NCBI GenBank assembly: GCA_965153285.1
Contig: OZ229121.1
Direction: 5' to 3' (one strand)
DNA: 64,000 nucleotides
Source of the DNA: Podarcis tiliguerta
Lineage: Eukaryota
How positions within the stretch are numbered: the first letter of the stretch is position 1; each line of letters opens with the position of its first letter. This document shows positions 56,501 through 64,000 of the stretch, in pieces. The position numbers and the translations under genes were made by a program. The notes under the pieces were generated by a model, which saw only the letters and a list, made by a program, of their open reading frames with translations, did not search any database and had not been told where the DNA came from.

Positions 56501-59500
56501 CACACACAGAGCCCAATACTTGATTGCTGCTGACTGTTGGTCTGACTGGTTGATGTCCTCAATGGCTGGGCAGTCAGGAGGGTTCAAGCTTTGGCTAGGT
56601 AGAAGCTAGACCAACCAGCATGGGTAGCTGAGTGGTGGCACCTTTGGGAACTTAGTACCCTTCCTCTACAGTACTTTCCTAACCCTGCCTGGAGACACCA
56701 GAGGCTGACAATTCACTCCACTTAATGGAGGAATTGCATCAAAATTCCACTGAGCTGAACATGGAAGCCTGTACAGACAAACAGTGCATATCTGGGTTTG
56801 CATAGAGTCCTATAGAGGGCTTTGTCTTCATTATTTCTGCTTTATTTGTGTTTGCCTCTCAACAGTGTTCAAAACTATTCTAGCCTAACATGATCTGTCC
56901 AATGTTCCTTTAGCTCTGTATACCATAGAAGGCAATGCCTTTGGAGCCCCCTGTGTGTTTCCATTCAAGTATAAGAATAAATGGTATGCAAAGTGCATAA
57001 GAGATGATGATGAAAATGGACAACTTTGGTGTGGAACAACAGCAGATGTGAATAGAGACTCTTTAAGTGGATATTGTCCAGTAAAAGGTAAGCACTTAAC
57101 AATGTTTTGTTTGAGCCTTTACTATGTTATTGCGTATTTGCTGCTTAGAGAAATGTCTAACCTACAAAGAGAAAAGGGAAGCTGTTATTATTGCTGCATC
57201 TTTGCAGATTGTGCAATTTAAGAAAAGAAAATGTGGAAAGAACTTTTCCTTTGCAAGTCAGAACAAAATGAATTATCATTAACATCAGGGCCCCTACAGG
57301 ATGAAGCCTGCATCTAAAAGGAACAGAGATAAGGATGTAGTCCAGTTCAGGCCAAAATCAAAGCGTAGAGCAGACACGGGTCCTTCTGGATATAGCCTGC
57401 AGCCAGATTTCACCTGACTCCTTGGTCCTCACAAGCATCAGCTGTTCAGTGGGAAACAGCTGAGAGGCAACTGGGTTTAGATGTTGAACAAAGCATGCAG
57501 TTTCCCAGAGGCAAAAAGACTAAAACAGAGAGGGAACCTGAAGGTACAATTTGAGTGGAGCTACTGAAATTTTAACAGATGCCTCCTTTTCTATGGGGAG
57601 TACGTCTCTCTGTGTGATGGTGGGTTAAACTAAGTGCTTGTGCCTGAGTCTGGTCCCTCCCAGTTTGAGATCTGTCCAGTGGTGGCTCATGCAGTGAGTG
57701 GGGCAGAGACCATGGTGTCCTCCCAGCAGCAGTGTCAATGGAGATGGAGTGAAGCAAAACAGCAGTGAGGTGGGAAGAGCTCTGCACTGGTGCCAGCCAT
57801 ACAGGTGCAGGTACATTCATGCATTAGGTGTGGATGTTTACAGGGAGAAAGCCAACTCATCAAAACTATCCTGGAACCTGAAGTCCTGATTGCACACAGG
57901 GTTTCCAGGTCCTGGGAAAGCACAAATGGTTAGATATCTAGGTATGTGTAGATAACCACACCTAATATGTGAACACTTGGGGTGGGCCTTGAGAAGCCAT
58001 CACTTGATGGGGGAGAACCAGCGATGCTGCCCCTTGATCACACAAATTCTGTGTTTCTGCAGATTGCTTTGCGTATTCTTTGGAAAACTCAAAGAATCTA
58101 GATCATTAAAGAATCAAATATATCTCAGCTGTAGAATTAGCTTAATCATGGGTGATTTGAAGATTTGACACTCAAGTTAACAATGCTTACAGATGACCAT
58201 GATGAGTTCTTCTGGACCAGAAACCATTGGACACGGGATCTCTATCAGATCAATTCCCAGTCAGCTCTAACATGGTACCAAGCAAGAAAAAGTTGCCAGC
58301 AACAGAATGCAGAATTATTGAGCATCACCGATTTACATGAACAAGCATACCTGACAGGTAGGACATAACAAGGCTTATCTGAAGAGGCAATCAGCGTCTT
58401 GTGATGTTTTGCTAATTAGTCAATACTGTCTCAGCTCTAAGTATAAATTTCATGAAAATTATGAGAAGTGTCTTTCCACTCCTAGAATATCTTAGGATGT
58501 GTACACATACAGCCTTAAAGTACATTTGCTGCCTTACACAGATGACTTTTTTGTGCAAATCATCACCTTCCTATTGTTGGTATATTGTTCTTTTGATGTT
58601 TTAAAGTGCCTTTTGGTTGAAAAAAAATTTAAAATATACTTGGAGAATATATAGTAAAATACTTTCGAAACTCTACATTTATTTATTTTGGTGTTGTATG
58701 CACCATGTTATGTTCTCTTTTAAGCAGTGGAACACAATTCTGACTTTGTTGTTGTGAACAAAAAGCAATAATCTTACATTGTCTCTCACTTTCCCAATAC
58801 TTTTAGACATAAGACCCATGTGTCTTCAAAAACTGTATGAAAACCAGAAATTCATTGGTTGAAACTGATGCTGGTTGAAGTATTGTATTGGCATACCAGA
58901 TGAAAAGTTTTTTCTGATTAATTTCTATTTGGTACCCAGCTTTATGGGGGGGGATCTGACATCCTGTTATGTTTTGTCCCCCAGCTTCATCAATATAAAT
59001 CTCCTAGCTATATAATACAGTTTAATTTATCTTCTTTTCCGTGAATAGGATTAATAAATGGTATACCTACTTACTACTGGATTGGTCTGAACAGCTTGGA
59101 TCTTGACAGTGGATGGCAGTGGATTGGCAACCACCCTTTCAGATATTTAAACTGGGCTCCAGGTGAGTGAACAACTATGTGCCAAATCAGATCAATACTG
59201 AACAACATTGTTGCTTAATATTCAGGCAAAAATGCCAAAAATTTGAAGGGATTTACAGGAAGTTAGAATATCCAGAATATACTACCTAAAGGAATTAGTT
59301 TTGAATAACCATGCGGCATTTAAAAACAATTCTTTGTAGCCTTCTTGTAATGATTAAACCAAATAATTTAACTTTCCCTAAAGTTCTTGTACCATGATTC
59401 TGAGATCTGCCACTTTCTGTCCATTCAGCTTCTTCTGTTTTTTAAGAGCTCTGTAGGAGACAGCAATCTTTTAGTGCACATTCTCCCATCACAGTGTTGA

Positions 59501-62500
59501 AGTGGTAGGAGAAATGACACAGAACCTCAGTTTGTGCCATAATTCTTAGAGTAATGTAAGTGCCCTCCTCCTGCAAAGAATATGGAACTGTGGTGTAATT
59601 CAGTAGTCATAATCCGGTACCTGAACCCAAACAGAGATTTCCAGTTATCAGGTAGATCACAGATCATGCACACCCACCCACTTCCAATTGCATAGCGGAT
59701 ACACATTTGGACTCATTTTCCAGCTCAGATGGTTTGCTTCATTGTTCACCAGTAAAGGTGATTAGACTGAAGATATGGTGATAAAATGGTGGCTCCACAA
59801 TTATGGAATGCAATTCCAGTAGAGATTAGGCAGACTCACACTTTTAAAGAAGCCTTTTCAAAAGTTCTTGATGAAGGGGCAATGGATGGATGAGGTTAAT
59901 TTACTGGAAAGTGGCTCATTTATTATTGTTCTATGCTGGTTAGTTTCAACTTTATCGTTTCTGGCCATATATATATTAAATGGTTTTGTGCTAATTTAAA
60001 ATATTGTAGGCTGCTTTGTGAAAGATCTACTCAAACTGCAGTGTTGCAGTGTTAACACAGGACTCAAAGATCACTTGTCTCACTCTTTCCTAAAGGGAGC
60101 CCATCCCCAGAAACAGAAAAAATCTGTGGATCAATGCAGTCTAAGAATGGCAAGTGGGGGAATGATAAGTGTCAAGAGAAACTTGGATACATTTGCAAAA
60201 AAGCAAACTCTTCATTAGATGCTTCTGTTATTCCTTCAGGTAGGATGATAAACTGGGAATGAAGTTTACCTATATCTATATAATTGTATCATCATTATGT
60301 ATAGAGGGCACCAAAGTCCAAAATTACATTTCTAACAGAAATACAGGTTTTGCTGTTTGTAGGGGCATATGCAATGGGAAATGTTTGATGGACAGAGATG
60401 GCTGAGAGTATTTTATCTATCAGTAAAGACCTCAGGTCTAAAGGCTGCGGGCAGGCTTCTGCAGGAGGCAGGCCCAGCTGGTCAATCAGCACTGCCTGGG
60501 CTCGTTCCCAGGGGTTAAAATTGCAGTCCGACCTGGCAGTTTTCTCTCTGACCTTTCCCTCAAAGGATCTCCCACCTTCCCTCCCTTTCATCATACTGGT
60601 TTTTTTTAACCACGATCTTGCTATGGACCATGTCGACCACTGCGGGCAGGCTTCTGCAGGAGGCAGGCCCAGCTGGTCAATCAGCACTGCCTGGGCTCGT
60701 TCCCAGGGGTTAAAATTGCAGTCCGACCTGGCAGTTTTCTCTCTGACCTTTCCCTCAAAGGATCTCCCACCTTCCCTCCCTTTCATCATACTGGTTTTTT
60801 TTAACCACGATCTTGCTATGGACCATGTCGACCACTGTATTCGGGGCCAGGCAGATTGGCACCGGCCATTGGGTTTTTGCTTACCTCATAGCAATCATCA
60901 CAACTTTGTGAGGCATCGGGTAAACCTTGGTCTTGGCTGGAGTGGAGGTTGTAGACTCTATCTCCCCCTCCTTGGTGGAAGGTAACCTGTTAAAGGGATC
61001 CAGAAGAAGCAGCTTCTGTCTGGTTCCCAGATGGGGACAGGGCAATAGCAATCCTCCAATGAGGACCCCCTCGGGGGTACCCCTATTTGATGTAGGTCAT
61101 AGGGCCCCCTTAGTGGTGGTTTAGCCTTAGATGCACTCCCAGCAGACAGGCTGGAGTGCTGTAGTCTCGCTTCACCTAATGCCTGTGCCAAATTGTTCAC
61201 ATCTGTAACAAATAAAGTTGTGGCCTATTTTAACTGATAAAACCTATATACTGTTGTCTTGTCTGGTTATTCACCCCCTTAGGGGAACTGTGGGGTCACA
61301 GGGTCCTGGCACACAAGTGAGTCAATGACAACATAATGGCAGATCAGAATTTTTAAAGTTCATCCAGTCATGCAATCTTAGATATATTTGTTTTCTTTTT
61401 AGATGGCTTCAAACCAATTAAATGTCCAGATGGCTGGGCTGCATATGCAGGTCACTGTTACCGCCTTAACAGAGACCTTAAGACATGGAAGAATGCGTTA
61501 TGGTCCTGTCGAAAGGAAGGTGGAGATTTAATAAGTATACACAACATTGAAGAATACAGCTTTGTCGTTTCTCAGTTAGGCTACAGTGAGTACATCCAGA
61601 AAATTCTTTTTTCCTGGTATTTGACGTGTGTAAAAGAGAGAGGGTGGGGTTTCTTCCCCAACCGCATACAATTATACAATGTTACTAAAGCTCTCCCCTA
61701 TTGAAAAGCACCACAGAGTGATAGTCTGTTGAAGTGATTAAGGTGCACAAACAAGTCAAATATGAGAGATGACACTGACTATTATAGCCTTCCACAACCT
61801 AGTGCACTTCCATAAACCTCAGTCAATATTACCAATGGTCAGGGATGATTACAGTTACAGCTCATAGCAGCAGCTTGGAGAATGCTGGTCAATTAGACAC
61901 TACTCATTTGTAGTTCTGTATTCCATTAATCTTTATGTAACTAGTTGCACATGTCAAACTGAGCTACAGTTCAAAATGGTCTCTCATTGCCAAAACTATG
62001 CACCATAGAGCTATGTGCCATAGGATCCTAGGCACTCTGGACTGGTGGCAAATAAATAAGGCGGCTTTATGTTCTTAGAACCAACAGATCTTCTATGGAT
62101 AGGACTGAATGACCAGAAGATTCAGATGTATTATGAATGGAGTGATGGTTCTACCGTGACATTCACCAAGTGGCAGAAAGGAAAACCACAACAAATAAAT
62201 GATGTGCAAAACGAATGTGTCATCATGAATGGGGAGGTAAAAATATGAATCCTATAAGAGAGATGTATTTCCCCTGGTCCTCAATACATTTATTCAGCCT
62301 TTTACACAAAAGATTCACTGATCCCTTGAATTTTCTCCAGCCAAGTGGGACCAATTCTTCTTAAATTTCTATACTGTCCTTCATCTGAGGATCACATGCT
62401 GGTTTACAATGGCAGCACTGGTCTCTCTGCCATCATGCCAACTCAATGTCCTAATCATCATCAGCAGAAGTATCAGATCCTCAAGCTGAATACTTCATTT

Positions 62501-62791
62501 GTTTCAGCTGAAGATTTCAGTGAAGTTCAAATGTAATAGGAATTTTGTGAAGTTGTCCAGCTCATGCAAAAATGGAAAGCTTTGCATTGACACAAAGACA
62601 TCAAGCAGGAAGAAAATGAGAAAGCCAGTGGACCCCTCCTCACTAATATTTGTATTTCTTCACATTCCCATCTCTAGAATGGGTACTGGGCAGATTATTT
62701 CTGTGAAGTGGAACTTGGTTACATCTGTAAAAGACAACCTTTGGCATCTCTTCCTGGAGAACCTGAAGTTGCTGATCCAAATTGCCAGAAA
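53536..62791 (+). CDS. MRC1-like: Macrophage mannose receptor 1-like gene, paralog B (exons 1-9, continues beyond the window)
   Basis: Signal-peptide exon, then CysR, FNII and CTLD1-2 exons; open frame; exons and parts of introns align with paralog A. Confidence 0.95.
55381..55782 (+). CDS. MRC1-like B exon 2 (cysteine-rich ricin-type domain)
   Basis: FLIQNENLKLC...QHFKWVSDDQILN...KLCL...QKWEC...WKIYGT...LCSKGYE; 402 nt. Confidence 0.96.
56914..57087 (+). CDS. MRC1-like B exon 3 (FNII)
   Basis: GNAFGAPCVFPFKYKNKWYAKC...LWCGTT...GYCP; 174 nt. Confidence 0.95.
58193..58357 (+). CDS. MRC1-like B exon 4
   Basis: Near-identical to A exon 4; 165 nt. Confidence 0.95.
59049..59162 (+). CDS. MRC1-like B exon 5
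   Basis: [29 protein letters not shown]. Confidence 0.95.
60096..60239 (+). CDS. MRC1-like B exon 6
   Basis: SPSPETEKICGSMQSKNGKWGNDKCQEKLGYICKK. Confidence 0.93.
60445..60837. repeat. Perfect 195-bp tandem duplication (2 copies)
   Basis: Unit CTGCGGGCAGG...CATGTCGACCA starts at 60445 and 60640. Confidence 0.95.
60446..61313 (+). mobile_element. LTR-like or DIRS/Ngaro-type repeat in paralog B intron 6
   Basis: Motifs shared with the 8978 and 9775 elements; begins where homology to paralog A intron 6 stops; no TSD found. Confidence 0.45.
61403..61585 (+). CDS. MRC1-like B exon 7
   Basis: KCPDGWAAYAGHCY...[17 protein letters not shown]. Confidence 0.95.
62079..62236 (+). CDS. MRC1-like B exon 8
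   Basis: LWIGLNDQKIQMYYEWSDG...ECVIMNGE. Confidence 0.95.
62678..62791 (+). CDS. MRC1-like B exon 9
   Basis: [19 protein letters not shown]...DPNCQK. Confidence 0.95.
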
Positions 62792-63304
62792 GTAAGTCTA
62801 AAGTAAACTGTGTAGTGATTTAAAAAGTGAAATATGCATAGACACCAACTATTTCTCTTCTTAAAACTGTCCATTAATGCAGAGGTACCTCTAGCCTTGA
62901 GGTGAGCTGTAAAATTTATCTTCTCCCTCCCCTCCAATTTTGTACCCTTCCTATGGCCACTCAAGCCTTTTCAGCAACTATACAACGGGTCAGCTTTCTT
63001 TGCTTTTTTTCCTTTTTACTGCTGACCGCAGGAAGGCTGCTTTATCAAAGATTGAAAGACAATATCAATTTGGATAAAGTTTCAATAGAGAGTTTCTAAT
63101 CAATAGAGTTACTGCTTCACCCCCCCCCCATAGGGTAATTACACCCTTGTGCATATTAGTAGGGAAGAGCCCCCTTTTTTTTTTTTTTTGCTGATCTTAC
63201 GTTTAAAAAAACCCCAAGAATCTAAAACAGCTACTACATCAACTATTTCTTCTATTTTTTAAAATAATTTTAATGTTTAAACTTGAGAACAGATCCACTA
63301 CATA

Positions 63305-64000
63305 CCGTATTTTTCGCCCCATAGGACGCTCCGGCCCATAGGACGCACCATGTTTTTTGGGGGGGAAATAAAGAAAAAAAATTTTATTTCCCCCTCAGGC
63401 GCTTGTGGGGCCAGGAGCGGGGAGAAGCGCTCTTCTCCCCACCGCCTGCATGCAGAACAGGTCCGGGGACAGCGGGGAGACGCGCCGCGCCTCCCAGCTG
63501 TCCCCGGAGCTTGCGGGCAGGCAGCGGGGAGAAGCGCTCTTCTCCCCGCCGCCAGCCTTCACGTCAGGTCCGGGGACAGGGGGAAGACGCGCCGCGCCTC
63601 CCAGCTGTCCCCGGAGCTTGCGGGGCAGGCAGCGGGGAGAAGCGCTCTTCTCCCCGCCGCCAGCCTTCACGTCAGGTCCGGGGACAGGGGGAAGACGCGC
63701 CGCGCCTCCCCCCTGTCCCCGGAGCTTGCGGGGCAGGCAGCGGGGAGAAGCGCTCTTCTCCCCACCGCCTGCATGCAGAACAGGTCCGGAGACAGCGGGG
63801 AGACGCACCGCGCCTCCCAGCTGTCCCCGGAGCTTGCGGGCAGGCAGCGGGGAGAAGCGCTCTTCTCCCCACCGCCTGCATGCAGAACAGGTCCGGGGAC
63901 AGCGGGGAGACGCGCCGCGCCTCCCAGCTGTCCCCGGAGCTTGCAGGCAGGCAGCGGGGAGAAGCGCTCTTCTCCCCACCGCCTGCATGCAGAATAGGTC
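63305..64000. mobile_element. Mariner-type MITE (CCGTATTTTTCGCCCC TIR) containing a 107/108-bp GC-rich minisatellite, truncated by the window
   Basis: Same TIR as 20127; GAGAAGCGC recurs at 63422, 63529, 63637, 63745, 63852 and 63959. Confidence 0.88.

Noticed and set aside
60398-60985. 195-aa ORF with an internal repeat
   Set aside because: An artefact of the 195-bp (multiple of 3) tandem duplication.
63350-63997. 215-aa and 197-aa repetitive ORFs; spaced palindromic repeats resembling CRISPR
   Set aside because: They are products of a GC-rich minisatellite. The spacers are not unique, there are no cas genes and the context is eukaryotic.

Overview
Squamate (lizard) genomic DNA, identified by Sauria SINEs, BovB, L2, CR1 and Penelope-like repeats. 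The window holds two tandem, same-strand (+) macrophage mannose receptor 1-like (MRC1/CD206-like) genes. Paralog A runs from the end of exon 2 (1-31) through exons 3-30 to a stop at 48869. I reconstructed all splice sites by hand and the frame stays open throughout (3882 nt in the window). Paralog B starts about 4.7 kb later (ATG 53536) and exons 1-9 are present. The domain order (CysR/ricin, FNII, 8 CTLDs, TM, tail) and most exon sizes match MRC1, but the canonical ligand-binding residues are altered. CTLD4 of A lacks EPN/WND, FNII of both genes lacks collagen-pocket residues, and CysR of B lacks the sulfated-sugar residues. The introns are full of transposons. The most unusual are two solo LTRs carrying acidic-to-basic ORFs (one with an HMGN-like RRSARL motif), a TSD-flanked RT-less L1-like element of about 2.1 kb, and MITEs carrying hairpin minisatellites. 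Comparisons with human MRC1 are from memory of that sequence and need an alignment to confirm.
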